Origin: Minisyncoccota bacterium
GTDB taxonomy: Bacteria > Patescibacteriota > Minisyncoccia > Phycocordibacterales > UBA9973
DNA: 64,000 bases
Assembly (NCBI GenBank): GCA_035299545.1
Contig: DATGWJ010000021.1
Coordinates: forward strand, 10,090-74,089
Direction of reading: 5' to 3'
Shown here: in pieces, positions 40,261 through 50,512 of the stretch
Numbering within the stretch: the stretch's first letter is position 1
How the letters are laid out: every line of letters begins with the position of its first letter
Position numbers and translations under genes: made by a program
Notes under the pieces: model-generated
What the model saw: only the letters and a program-made list of their open reading frames with translations
The model's database searches: none
Told to the model about the DNA's origin: nothing

Positions 40261-41133
40261 ATGGAAAAACTAAAGTTTGCATTTTTTGGCACTCCATTAC
40301 TCGCCAGCCAAACATTAGACATCTTGAAAGAAAATGGTTTTATACCTGCTGTTATCATAACAGCACCAGACGCAAGATCAGGTAGAGGTATGAATGTGAA
40401 TCAATCCCCCGTAAGCGCATGGGCACTCAAGCACAATATTGCTTGCCTTAAACCAGATAAGATTAATGAAGATTTTGTGAATAGATTCAAAAAATTCGGA
40501 GTGGATATTTCTGTTGTTGTTGCTTATGGGAAAATATTACCGGAAGATTTAATAAAAATTCCCAAATTTGGAACCATAAATATTCACTATTCCTTACTTC
40601 CTAAATACAGAGGTGCTTCTCCTCTTGAATCAGCACTCCTAAATGGAGATAGCGTAACAGGAGTAAGTATTCAGCAAATGGTTTTCAAATTAGATAGCGG
40701 ACCCATTCTAGCCTCCAAAGAAGTACCAATACATATAAACGACAAAAAGGATGACCTCAGAGATAAGCTTACAAATATAGGAGCAAATTTATTATCTGAT
40801 ACTCTACCAAAAATTATTAAAAATAAAATTAAATCTCAAACTCAAGATGAATCGAAAGCGATTTATTGCGCCAAAATACACAAAGAAGATGGTGAGTTGG
40901 ATTTAGAAAAAGGCGATCCTGTTAAAAATTACAATAAATATCGTGCATTTTATGGTTGGCCAGGAGTATATTTCTTTATTAAACCTAAGAATGGTAAAAA
41001 GGCAAAACAAAATGAAAAAATACGAGTAAAAATCAAAGAAGCTATTCTTCAAGATAATAAATTCATTATAAAGAGAGTTACCCCTGAAGGTAAAAAGGAA
41101 ATAAGTTACGAAGACTTCTTAAGACAGAATTAA
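40261..41133 (+). CDS. fmt: Methionyl-tRNA formyltransferase
   Basis: FFGTP, VVAYGKI, INIHYSLLPKYRGASP, LDSGPI. Confidence 0.95.
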   Translation: MEKLKFAFFGTPLLASQTLDILKENGFIPAVIITAPDARSGRGMNVNQSPVSAWALKHNIACLKPDKINEDFVNRFKKFGVDISVVVAYGKILPEDLIKIPKFGTINIHYSLLPKYRGASPLESALLNGDSVTGVSIQQMVFKLDSGPILASKEVPIHINDKKDDLRDKLTNIGANLLSDTLPKIIKNKIKSQTQDESKAIYCAKIHKEDGELDLEKGDPVKNYNKYRAFYGWPGVYFFIKPKNGKKAKQNEKIRVKIKEAILQDNKFIIKRVTPEGKKEISYEDFLRQN

Positions 41134-41513
41134 TATTTCGACGTAAATGGATTACGCTTAGAAATACCCTTAAGCATTTTCTTCACGCTAGTTGCGCCTC
41201 TTTTATAAAGTGTCTGTTTTCTATCTTTTGTACTAGTTATTTGTCGAATTATTTCTTCTTTGGCATCGTCTATAGCAGTATATAGATCTTCTTGTTCAGA
41301 TATTGTATAGAATTTATTCCCAGCTATTTCAATATTAAATTCAGCTTTAAAAATTTCTCCTTGTTTATGATGATTTGTCGTTTTACCTATTTCCACATAG
41401 GCACCCATTTCTCCATCTTTCACAAACTTCTTTATTGCGGATAATCGCTTATTAACATAATCGTTTATAGGGTTCGTTAACTCCATATTGGTTGCTTTAA
41501 TATTTATGTTCAT
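41130..41513 (-). CDS. raiA: Ribosome hibernation factor (HPF/RaiA family)
   Basis: MNINIKATNMELT...DLYTAID. Confidence 0.85.
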   Translation of the reverse strand: MNINIKATNMELTNPINDYVNKRLSAIKKFVKDGEMGAYVEIGKTTNHHKQGEIFKAEFNIEIAGNKFYTISEQEDLYTAIDDAKEEIIRQITSTKDRKQTLYKRGATSVKKMLKGISKRNPFTSKY

Positions 41514-41553
41514 ATGTTTTATCTAAGCTAAATTAATAATAATACTTACATTC

Positions 41554-41793
41554 TTAGTATACCAAATTTTCTGGCAAATCAACTGCAATTATCTTACTCG
41601 GGCTTTGATGCCCACTTACAATTCGGACTTTTTTCGTTGAAATATTGAAAATACCTGCCATAATTTCACAGATTCTTTTATTTGCAAGGTTTCTTTCTGC
41701 TTTTTCTCGCACACTTATAATATATGTGTCTTTATTTTTCTTGCTAACATTTTCTTTTTTTGCTCCAGCTAGAACCCTTACTTTAATATACAT
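41554..41793 (-). CDS. DUF167 (YggU) family protein
   Basis: IKVRVLAGAK...ANK...IVSGHQSPSK. Confidence 0.8.
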   Translation of the reverse strand: MYIKVRVLAGAKKENVSKKNKDTYIISVREKAERNLANKRICEIMAGIFNISTKKVRIVSGHQSPSKIIAVDLPENLVY

Positions 41794-41851
41794 GTTTATA
41801 TATTACTCTAATGTATAACAAAATAAAAGATGTATGTGGTATAATATAATT

Positions 41852-42724
41852 GTGAAAAAAATATTAAAATTTTTAAAAATCTTTTTCCTTATTTTATATT
41901 TAATTGTAATCTTTTTATTAATGCTTAAAAGCAAACAGTTGAACAGTGATTACAATCTGCCTGTCTGGCTTATTCCTAGTTTATTTTTTATTAGTATTTT
42001 TTATTTCTGTTATGAATATATAATACTCAAGATAAAAGATGATAAATTAGAAGATGAGATAATCTCCATTGTAAACCACGCATTCCGTACTCCTATTACA
42101 AGTATTATTTGGCATGTAAAAGAACTAGAAAAAAACATTCCCCAAAATGAGAAACTTCTATACTTACAAAATATCAATAACGGAGCAAATCGAATCTTAA
42201 ATGTTGTTGATTCTCTAGTTGGAATAAAAGATGTACAAAATACTTCTGGATACTTTTTTGAAGCTGTCTCGATGAGAGAAATTATTGAAGACTCGATAAA
42301 TAGACACAGAGGTCAAATAAATAAAAAGAATATAGATTTTAGAATACCTACTTTTAAAGATATTCCCCTTCTAACTGTTGATTTGAAGAAAATTTCATTC
42401 GTAATTGATACGCTTATAGAAAATGCTATTTATTACACAAAGAAGGACGGGAAAATATTAATAGATTCTATTTATGATTTTAAAAAACTTGTATTATTTG
42501 TAAGTGATACGGGTATTGGACTAGGAATGATAGATAAACTAAGGATATTTTCAAAGTTTTATCGTAGTGAAAAAGCTAAATTAATGAACCCTGATGGTAT
42601 GGGTTTAAGATTGTATATATCTAGAGAGATCATTAAAAGGCATGGTGGTAAAATATATGCTAAATCGAATGGTCCAGATGAAGGTACTACTTTTTTCATA
42701 GAAATACCATTCAAGAAGAAATAA
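41852..42724 (+). CDS. Membrane sensor histidine kinase (orphan)
   Basis: Two TMs, HAFRTP H-box, ENAIYY, DTGIG, GMGL; GTG start 6 nt after TGGTATAAT (ORF track starts at 41834). Confidence 0.88.
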   Translation: MKKILKFLKIFFLILYLIVIFLLMLKSKQLNSDYNLPVWLIPSLFFISIFYFCYEYIILKIKDDKLEDEIISIVNHAFRTPITSIIWHVKELEKNIPQNEKLLYLQNINNGANRILNVVDSLVGIKDVQNTSGYFFEAVSMREIIEDSINRHRGQINKKNIDFRIPTFKDIPLLTVDLKKISFVIDTLIENAIYYTKKDGKILIDSIYDFKKLVLFVSDTGIGLGMIDKLRIFSKFYRSEKAKLMNPDGMGLRLYISREIIKRHGGKIYAKSNGPDEGTTFFIEIPFKKK

Positions 42725-42769
42725 TAAAACATTCCAACATTCTTAAGAATGTTGGAATGTTTTATTATT
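42720..42769. terminator. Perfect 50-bp palindrome, likely bidirectional terminator
   Basis: AATAATAAAACATTCCAACATTCTT|AAGAATGTTGGAATGTTTTATTATT between convergent genes. Confidence 0.75.
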
Positions 42770-42775
42770 AGTATT

Positions 42776-43150
42776 TTATTTTTTAGAAATTATCTCTTCT
42801 ATCTTTTTTATATCTTCACCTATTTCAGAAATTGTAGCTCTTTCTTCTTGTATTTCTTTTTCTGTCTTTTCATCTATCCTTTTCTCTTTATTTAATCCAG
42901 AAATAATAATATTTTCTCCAATAAAGAAAGAAACAAATAACCCTGTTATCATAGTTATAAGTACTCCTATGATTAACGATGCCCACCCTGACATATTCCA
43001 GCTATCAGAAATATGCCAAATTCCCCGCCAAATTGAAACTATACCAATACTCCCAATAAAAGCATATACCAAAGGGAAATGAGTTAATTTTGTTCGTATT
43101 TTATCTTCTAGTTTATCAAAAAAGTTATACAAGTTTCTTATTATTTTCAT
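42776..43150 (-). CDS. Small two-TM hypothetical protein
   Basis: FFDKLEDKIR..., WRGIWH; two TMs. Confidence 0.7.
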   Translation of the reverse strand: MKIIRNLYNFFDKLEDKIRTKLTHFPLVYAFIGSIGIVSIWRGIWHISDSWNMSGWASLIIGVLITMITGLFVSFFIGENIIISGLNKEKRIDEKTEKEIQEERATISEIGEDIKKIEEIISKK

Positions 43151-43169
43151 ATTATATAAAGCTATTCTA

Positions 43170-44666
43170 TCATTTAAAAATAATAATTCCTAATATACCA
43201 ATGAGAAGAAGACAAGTAATACAAGGAATAATTACTCCTTTAAATATATGGGTCTCAAAATTTTTAACCCCAGCGACTGCTTCTGCCGCAAGAATATCTG
43301 AGAGTGCAAGCATATTACCAGTAGCTGCTCCAACAACTCCCAATGACATTATCACTTCAGGATTAAAATTGAGATTTGTAGCAGCAACATAGAAAAAGTT
43401 ACCAAACATAATATTTGATATAGTTACACTTCCTGTAATGAAAGAACCAAAAGCTCCTATAAATGGAGCGAATAGCGGCAATAGTGATGTCTCAAATGCT
43501 TTAGAGATAAGAGTTATAGCTGGAGGTAAGCCAGATAAATTATTACCTGACAAAATCATTATTTGAACTATTGCTGACATTGAAACAATAACAATAAATG
43601 GTCCAATAGTTCCCTTTAGAGAAATAAAAGATGCTTTTCTTAAAAATCTTAAACCACTTCTCCAAAACAAAATCACAATTAAACCAGTTACTATAAAAAT
43701 AAAACCAGGATTAAATAAGTTAAATGTATGAATAAAACCAAAATTTACCATAATTCCCCATCTATCCAAGATAATTTTTCCAAAAATCAAGAGTGCTACT
43801 AATAAACCATAAGGTAGAAAAGCTTTGAGTGGACTCATTGTGTGGGCAAGATGTTCTTCTTTTTTAACTGTAATAGTATTCTTAGGGACAAAAATTCCTA
43901 ATTTAGTAGTAATAATAACTAATGCTAACCCTGCTACAGATCCTAATATAGTGGGAAATTCTTGTCCTAAAGACACAAATAATATTGACGGTAAAGAAAA
44001 AACAATACCAGACCAAATAGCAAAAGGTAACCCTTCAAAAAATTCTTTTTTTCTATTTGGTCTACCTTTTGTAATTATCCAAAGCATAAAAACCGGAACA
44101 ATTATTCCCACAAGATTTAACATTGAGGATATAAAAGGAACAGAAGAAGTTGGTAACCCTGCTAAACCTACTCTTATAGGCGTCCCAGCGGCACCAAAGA
44201 CTCCAGGAGCACTATTCCCTAATAATCCTATTATTAAAGCTCTTAGAGGTGTTAAACCGAGCCCCATAAGAAGAGGTACAGCGACAGCAGCAGGTACACC
44301 GAACCCTGCTGTCCCTTCAAGGAGTGCTTCAAATAACCAAGCAATAACTATAATTTGAATTCTATAATCTTTTGAGAAACTTTCTAAATAATATGAAATA
44401 TTTTTTATGATTTTTAAATCTTTTAATATTTCAAGAAAAAATATGGCTCCAAAAATAATAAAGAAAATATCAATAGCGATAAAGAATCCTTTACCATATG
44501 AAGTATATAAAAATGAAGGCATAATCTTCCAGTAAACAACCGCTAGTACTGTATAAAACAGCAGAGTTATTATAGAAGCCACAAGTAATGATGTTTTCTT
44601 ACTAAATAACAAGAATAAGAAAACAAGGAAAGGAAGTATCGATATAAAAATTGGAATATTATTCAT
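43170..44666 (-). CDS. lctP: L-lactate permease
   Basis: Polytopic membrane protein; LEGTAGFGVP, FGAAGTP, FITGSVTISN. Confidence 0.88.
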   Translation of the reverse strand: MNNIPIFISILPFLVFLFLLFSKKTSLLVASIITLLFYTVLAVVYWKIMPSFLYTSYGKGFFIAIDIFFIIFGAIFFLEILKDLKIIKNISYYLESFSKDYRIQIIVIAWLFEALLEGTAGFGVPAAVAVPLLMGLGLTPLRALIIGLLGNSAPGVFGAAGTPIRVGLAGLPTSSVPFISSMLNLVGIIVPVFMLWIITKGRPNRKKEFFEGLPFAIWSGIVFSLPSILFVSLGQEFPTILGSVAGLALVIITTKLGIFVPKNTITVKKEEHLAHTMSPLKAFLPYGLLVALLIFGKIILDRWGIMVNFGFIHTFNLFNPGFIFIVTGLIVILFWRSGLRFLRKASFISLKGTIGPFIVIVSMSAIVQIMILSGNNLSGLPPAITLISKAFETSLLPLFAPFIGAFGSFITGSVTISNIMFGNFFYVAATNLNFNPEVIMSLGVVGAATGNMLALSDILAAEAVAGVKNFETHIFKGVIIPCITCLLLIGILGIIIFK

Positions 44667-44668
44667 AT

Positions 44669-47600
44669 TTATGGAGTTACGAGAACTCGTCCAGTAGGAC
44701 TTGGTGTAGTCCCTCTAGGAATACTTGTTGCGTTATTATTGTAATTATAAATAACAAAATCATCATATGCCCACCAGCCGTCTCTCCAAGGAGCCGTACC
44801 ACTCCCACCAAGGAAATTCGCAAAATTAATTTTAGTTATGCGAACATCACTATAATCCCTAAATCTATAGTTAGGTATACTGGAAACTAATTTACCATTA
44901 ACAAAATATTCAAGAAGTCCGTTACTTGACCCTGGGGTATTTAATACAAGTCTCACAGTAATATCGTACCAAGTATTAGGACTAAAATAATAATTAATCG
45001 ATTCTGAATTACCCCAGCAATTAGGATCTGGAGACGGACAAGTCATACCAAGATGATTAACATAGAACTTTGTTTGAAGTTTGTCGTTTGTTGAAGTTTT
45101 ACCACTATCAAACATAGTAAGTATAAAAAATGATTTCATATCTGGGGTTGGTTTATATCCTGCGCCAGGCCAACTATTCATATTGGTATAAAAACCAAGC
45201 CCAAACTTTCCAGAAAGCCAGTGAGATGGATAACTTGACCCCGATGTACTAGCTGCGTATTCTGTTGCCATATTTTCTGAAAACTTCATCCTATAACTTA
45301 CATAAATTTCTTCTTGGTTTTGATTAGGTAAATTCATATACCAATCTAATCCACCAGCGGCAAGACTAAACCCATTAGAACCATTTAGTAAATCTTTATA
45401 GAAATAATTTTTCATAATTTTATTTCCGGATTCATCCTCTATCACAACTTTTTGAGTAGACCTATTCGCTCCTCCTGCATCATTCCAATCAGAAGCAATT
45501 TGACTACTCGTATATGTTCCTGGACTTCTATGTTGAAAATCTTGTTTAAAATAAATATTGAAAATATCAGACGTTGTACCACTGTTATTAATCAACTCAT
45601 AATACTTTTGTGCCCATTGTTCATACCCAGTAGAGTTTGGGTGAACTCCATCAGAAGTTAAGGTTGGGCTTGTCTTCCATCCACAATCTGTGGTTTTTGT
45701 TCCAGAAGTATCGTGCCATAGTGTCCACAAATCGACTACGTTTAAGTCTGAATGTTGTGAATCAAAATTCTTAAGCCAAGCATTTTCTGTCTTCATCTTA
45801 TTACACAAAGTAGTGTTATTGTTTATGTTTTCATATGGTGGCATAGTTGTCATATAAATATTTGAAATACCTTTTTGTTTAGCTAAATTATATATTTGCT
45901 CATACCAATATGAATTATCAACACTACTTAATGCATTTACTCCACAAGTTACAAATAATGTTTCTGTTCCTGATAAAACTTTTGTCGATAATTGATTATA
46001 AACCTGAGCACAAGTATTCCCCGATACAGCATAATCACTAATACTGCTTTGAGATAACCCCATTTTAGAAATAAAATAGCTAGGCCAATCACTTGTTATA
46101 CTATCCGACATTGAATCACCTATTACAGCATAAGTAGTCCCTGTAGAAGGAGTAGAACACACCCCACAATTCACACTAGTACCACAGTTGTTTGCCTGAG
46201 TACCACATTTACCTGAACAAGTAGTAGATGTGGATTCTGGAGTACAGACAGGAGGAGTTGTCCCTCCAAAGTAAGTATAAATTTGAGATACCTCACTTGA
46301 ACTTAAAGCTCTATTCCAAATCATTACTTCATCAATTGTACCCCTAAAGCTTCTTCCATTATAACCAATCTGAGAGATTGTAATAGCATCAGCTCCAGAG
46401 ACTGTAGCAGTTGATATTAAATTTCCATCTAAATAATAACTTAAAGAGTTTCCATTTCTTACAAGAACCACATGCCGGAGAGATGAAGTTCCTATAGCAG
46501 AATTATAAAATTCAAATTCTTGTCCATTTGTATTTGTTTCCATTCGTGGGTAGCCACTAGAAGTAAAGAAGATTCTTTGGTAATACCCATCGTCAGCTAA
46601 TACTAATCTATCATCAGAAAAATCTGTAGCTTTTACCCAGAAAGAGTATGTACCTACTGATTGAGTAATAGGTGAATTTAAAGTTATATAATCTGAATTA
46701 TCATTAAATAAATAACACTGTCCTTTTCTACAGTTTGTAGAAGTAGTAGTTGCTCCAGTAACAGTTCCATTATTTGTACCCACAGAATCATTTCCATTTC
46801 CATCAAGAGTCCACCAAGAAAGAAGACCAGACTGCCATGATGGAGTTACTGGTAAAACTGGTATAAGCGTGCAAGTGTCACCACTCTTTTGATACCCAGA
46901 GTTACAGGTAGATAAAGTGCAACTACCGTATGTGGACCAAGTACCTGAATTACAGGTTCGCGATTGAGTACCTGTACCATTAGTAATAGTGCAAGATTGA
47001 GTAGATGAACCGGAACAAGTAGTTGCTACACAAGCATTACCACTAATCTGATATCCAGAATTACAAGTAGATACTGTACAAGTACCGTAAGATGACCAAG
47101 TACCAGAATTACAGGTTCGTGATTGAGTACCTGTACCATTAGTAATAGTACAAGATTGAGTAGATGAACCGGAACAAGTAGTTGCTACACAAGCATTACC
47201 ACTAATCTGATATCCAGAATTACAAGTTGATACTGTGCAAGAGTTGTAATTTGACCAAACTCCAGAATTACAAGTTCGTGATTGAATGCCAGTACCATTT
47301 CCGATAGTACAAGATTGAGTGGATAGACCAGAACAAGTGGTTGCTACACAAGCACCCCCACTAATCTGATATCCAGAATTACATGTAGATACAATACAAG
47401 TGCCATATGATGACCAATTACCTTCATTACAACTTCGGTATTGATATCCTTGACCATTGTAAACAGTACAAGACCTCATAGATGAACCTGTGCAAATATG
47501 AGACGCTTCTTCTCCTTGGCTACAGAGAACTCCCGTGAGAGGACTATATTTAGTAGAATAAGTACAACCAGAAGGTAACGATTTAGGAGCATTAGAACAT

Positions 47601-48025
47601 AGTTCCCCTGTCATCGCATTATACTTTGCTCCAGGTAAACAACCAGGAGCGGTGTAAGTTGAGGTAGAAGTACTACCAGTGCTGGTGGTAGTGTTTGTAT
47701 TGGATGATGTATTTGTTGTAGTAGTTGCAGTGCCGGTCTGAGAAAATTCCAGCGCACTACGAGTAATAGGTCCTACCTTACCGTCTGGTACTAGACCACG
47801 ACTTTCTTGGAATGATTGGATAGCTTGTATTGATTTCTTTCCTATTACTCCGTCTACTACTAGATTGGGAGATGGGTTTAATACCCTATTTAGTACTACT
47901 TGTAGGTTAATACGTTCTTGGAGAGTATCGATTTTGGTGGGGAAAGAGACGGTGGAGGCAAAAGTAATAATAGGAATAATGAAAAATGAAATTACTCCTA
48001 ACTTGATTATATTTAGATTTTTCAT
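44669..48025 (-). CDS. Large secreted multidomain surface protein: PG-binding, Cys-rich repeats, LamG-like, SGNH hydrolase, lyase-like C-terminus
   Basis: Signal peptide; FQ..GL.PDGKVGP.T; 53-aa Cys repeats; F.GTIDEV.IWNRALS; IGDSMS...GVN...DGVHPN; C-terminal beta domain. Confidence 0.8.
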   Translation of the reverse strand: MKNLNIIKLGVISFFIIPIITFASTVSFPTKIDTLQERINLQVVLNRVLNPSPNLVVDGVIGKKSIQAIQSFQESRGLVPDGKVGPITRSALEFSQTGTATTTTNTSSNTNTTTSTGSTSTSTYTAPGCLPGAKYNAMTGELCSNAPKSLPSGCTYSTKYSPLTGVLCSQGEEASHICTGSSMRSCTVYNGQGYQYRSCNEGNWSSYGTCIVSTCNSGYQISGGACVATTCSGLSTQSCTIGNGTGIQSRTCNSGVWSNYNSCTVSTCNSGYQISGNACVATTCSGSSTQSCTITNGTGTQSRTCNSGTWSSYGTCTVSTCNSGYQISGNACVATTCSGSSTQSCTITNGTGTQSRTCNSGTWSTYGSCTLSTCNSGYQKSGDTCTLIPVLPVTPSWQSGLLSWWTLDGNGNDSVGTNNGTVTGATTTSTNCRKGQCYLFNDNSDYITLNSPITQSVGTYSFWVKATDFSDDRLVLADDGYYQRIFFTSSGYPRMETNTNGQEFEFYNSAIGTSSLRHVVLVRNGNSLSYYLDGNLISTATVSGADAITISQIGYNGRSFRGTIDEVMIWNRALSSSEVSQIYTYFGGTTPPVCTPESTSTTCSGKCGTQANNCGTSVNCGVCSTPSTGTTYAVIGDSMSDSITSDWPSYFISKMGLSQSSISDYAVSGNTCAQVYNQLSTKVLSGTETLFVTCGVNALSSVDNSYWYEQIYNLAKQKGISNIYMTTMPPYENINNNTTLCNKMKTENAWLKNFDSQHSDLNVVDLWTLWHDTSGTKTTDCGWKTSPTLTSDGVHPNSTGYEQWAQKYYELINNSGTTSDIFNIYFKQDFQHRSPGTYTSSQIASDWNDAGGANRSTQKVVIEDESGNKIMKNYFYKDLLNGSNGFSLAAGGLDWYMNLPNQNQEEIYVSYRMKFSENMATEYAASTSGSSYPSHWLSGKFGLGFYTNMNSWPGAGYKPTPDMKSFFILTMFDSGKTSTNDKLQTKFYVNHLGMTCPSPDPNCWGNSESINYYFSPNTWYDITVRLVLNTPGSSNGLLEYFVNGKLVSSIPNYRFRDYSDVRITKINFANFLGGSGTAPWRDGWWAYDDFVIYNYNNNATSIPRGTTPSPTGRVLVTP
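46870..47495 (-). repeat. Intragenic tandem repeat, 4 units of ~159 bp (53 aa, 6 Cys)
   Basis: GTAGATGAACCGGAACAAGT recurs at 47001 and 47160; unit CSGSSTQSCTITNGTGTQSRTCNSGTWSSYGTCTVSTCNSGYQISGNAC. Confidence 0.9.
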
Positions 48026-48056
48026 TATTTAATTATACCAAGAAAAAAAACAAAAG

Positions 48057-48635
48057 TTAATGGGTTTTTAACCAACTAATCATTTTCTTGAAAGTGTTCA
48101 CTCCGGCTTCCCCATCAGCAGTTAAACCATTTGCTTTTTGATAGTTCTTCACAGCTGTCACAGTACTTGGACCGTAGTCATTATCTACTTTATTAGAAGT
48201 TTTATTATATAAGTTTAAGAATTTTTGTACTGTACCCACAGCAGGACCTTGTGATTTAAGTTTAAGATAAACATTGGCATCTACAAGCTTCTGTAATTCA
48301 TTTATGAGAGTTTGATTCTTTGAAACTGTAGGAGTTGTTGTAGTAGTTGGTGTAGTTGTAGGATTAACAACAGGTGCATTTGTATTAGAACCAGCAACAA
48401 CAGGTGCTTCTTCATTGCCCTTACCTTGTTCTATCTCTAATTGTAATAAACTAATTTGCCTCTTTAATTCAGTAACTTCTTTTTCAAGTTCTTCATTTGA
48501 ATCTTCTAAATCTTGTTGCTTCTGTGAATCCACATGAGTACTACCAGACTCCATTGTAGTGAAAGCCCAATACCCCGCGAACCCTATTAAACCTAAAATA
48601 AATATCGAAAAGATAAAAAATTTAAAATTCTCCAT
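48057..48635 (-). CDS. Membrane-anchored peptidoglycan-binding domain protein
   Basis: TM, coiled coil, Thr linker, YGPSTVTAVKNYQKANGLTADG. Confidence 0.85.
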   Translation of the reverse strand: MENFKFFIFSIFILGLIGFAGYWAFTTMESGSTHVDSQKQQDLEDSNEELEKEVTELKRQISLLQLEIEQGKGNEEAPVVAGSNTNAPVVNPTTTPTTTTTPTVSKNQTLINELQKLVDANVYLKLKSQGPAVGTVQKFLNLYNKTSNKVDNDYGPSTVTAVKNYQKANGLTADGEAGVNTFKKMISWLKTH

Positions 48636-48667
48636 ATACTAGCGATTATACCACAATATAAAAAACA

Positions 48668-48785
48668 AAAAAATCATAAATAATCTTATCAGCGGGGCGT
48701 GCGCAAGCCTGACGAGGCGAGCAATGAGGAAATTTCTAGTAAGAAATTATCCGGACCCGATGAGAAGAATTATTTATGATTTTTT
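48668..48785. repeat. Family B structured element
   Basis: Terminal IR AAAAAATCATAAATAAT/ATTATTTATGATTTTTT; core GCGAGCA..GAGGAA..GAAATTATCCG similar to the reverse complement of 2021-2056. Confidence 0.65.
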
Positions 48786-48791
48786 CTTTTA

Positions 48792-50021
48792 TTAATTTAC
48801 AAACGTTAGTGCTTTACCTACTTGGTTTCCACGGCCGGTTCGGCCGATACGGTGAACATAATCTTCATAAGTAGCAGGGATTTCGAAATTAATAACATGA
48901 GTTACATTTGGTATATCGAGTCCGCGCGCAGCTACGTCTGTAGCCACAAGTATCTGACTGTGATTATCGCGAAATGCTTTCAATGCATTTGCACGTTTAT
49001 TCTGATTTTTATCTCCGTGAATAGATTCAGCTTTAAAACCTTGTCTTACAAGTGTCTGACAAAGTTTTTCCACTCCGTGTTTTGTTCTACCAAAAATAAG
49101 AACTTTAGAAAATTCTTTACTTGATAAAAGTGTACTTAAGTGCTCAACTTTATCTTTACCTTGTGGAACACGCACAATATCTTGGTCGACATTGCGAGCT
49201 GTCTCCCCTGTTTTCACTGAAATTTTTTCTGGATTAGTTAGAAATTCTTTTATCAACTTATCAATTTCACTTGTGATTGTCGCAGAGAATAAAAGTGTCT
49301 GACGATTCGGAGCCATTTGCGACATTACAAATCGCATATCATCTACGAAGCCCATATCGAGCATTCTGTCCGCTTCATCAAGTACGATAGTACGAAATTC
49401 TGCTAAGCGTAGAACTTTCCTATCTACTAGGTCACGTAACCTCCCAGGAGTTCCTATCACAATATTATGAGATCTTTTAAGTCCATAAATCTGATTAGAA
49501 ATTCCCATTCCGCCAACGCAACACACAGAAAAGATTCGGAGATCTCCCCGGAAGCCCATAAGTTCTTGGTTGATCTGCATTGCTAATTCGCGAGTTGGCA
49601 CTATTACTAGAACTTTCTCTTGTGGATTATTTAATATTTTATTAATAGATGGAATCAGAAAAGCAGCAGTCTTACCCGTACCAGTATTTGCAATACCGAT
49701 AACATCACGACCAGAAAGAACGTGAGGGATTGCCATATCTTGAATTGGAGTTGGGTCGACATAACCTTTCTTTGAAATATTTGTTTTGATTGCAGTGTGA
49801 ATATTAAAATCTGCAAATTTATTTACTGGAATATAAGGAGCAGATTCGATAATTGGATCCGCTTTCTTAATGAAACGAGAATGACTAATAGAACTGCCAC
49901 CGCCAAAACGCTTACCAGACCTTGAACGTCCAAAATTTTTTCTGCCACGAAAATTGTTTTTAGATCCACTAGAATGTGAACCGCCGCCTTGGCTTCTGCC
50001 TCGGCTTGATTGTTTATACAT
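48792..50021 (-). CDS. DEAD-box RNA helicase
   Basis: PTPIQ, TGTGKT, PTRELA, DEAD, SAT, ARGLD, HRIGRTGR. Confidence 0.96.
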   Translation of the reverse strand: MYKQSSRGRSQGGGSHSSGSKNNFRGRKNFGRSRSGKRFGGGSSISHSRFIKKADPIIESAPYIPVNKFADFNIHTAIKTNISKKGYVDPTPIQDMAIPHVLSGRDVIGIANTGTGKTAAFLIPSINKILNNPQEKVLVIVPTRELAMQINQELMGFRGDLRIFSVCCVGGMGISNQIYGLKRSHNIVIGTPGRLRDLVDRKVLRLAEFRTIVLDEADRMLDMGFVDDMRFVMSQMAPNRQTLLFSATITSEIDKLIKEFLTNPEKISVKTGETARNVDQDIVRVPQGKDKVEHLSTLLSSKEFSKVLIFGRTKHGVEKLCQTLVRQGFKAESIHGDKNQNKRANALKAFRDNHSQILVATDVAARGLDIPNVTHVINFEIPATYEDYVHRIGRTGRGNQVGKALTFVN

Positions 50022-50262
50022 AATTTTTTACCTAATCTATTAAAATAAAAGTAAGACGGATTAGGACCTTCCCCTCTAGTTTCCAATAATGACTATCACG
50101 AGGGATAAGGCGTTATGTCGCGCAACATGCGCAAGAAACCAATGAGAATACAACTTACTATATAAGTATATAATTATTCTTTAATTTTGTCAAGTTTAGT
50201 GAATCTATCTCCACTAACTAAAACTCCCCTTGAACCGAGTTCAAGGGGAGTTTGTTTATAAA

Positions 50263-50403
50263 TTACTTTCCTCTTTTCTTTACTGATTTTTTCTTGTCTT
50301 TCTTGTTTGCTAACATTTCTTTCTTTGCAAGAAGACGTTTTGCTGTTTTCTTAGAATGTTTTGATTTCTTATGAGGATGCAATGATGTTGCTCTTTTTGC
50401 CAT
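50263..50403 (-). CDS. 46-aa highly basic small protein
   Basis: MAKRATSLHPHKKSKHSKKTAKRLLAKKEMLANKKDKKKSVKKRGK*; followed by hairpin 50221-50253. Confidence 0.6.
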   Translation of the reverse strand: MAKRATSLHPHKKSKHSKKTAKRLLAKKEMLANKKDKKKSVKKRGK

Positions 50404-50512
50404 ATAAATTTTTATCTATTATTAATATATTTTTATTATACTTTATATTATAAATATTACAAAGAAAAATACTCACAGCTCGCAGAAGCGAACTAGAGTA
50501 TTTCTCTTTTAA

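Noticed and set aside
21238-48025. RT as part of a DGR or group II intron
   Set aside because: No template/variable repeat pair differing only at adenines, no Avd-like gene, and no intron domain V or maturase features seen. The 159-bp repeats at 47 kb are ordinary tandem coding repeats.
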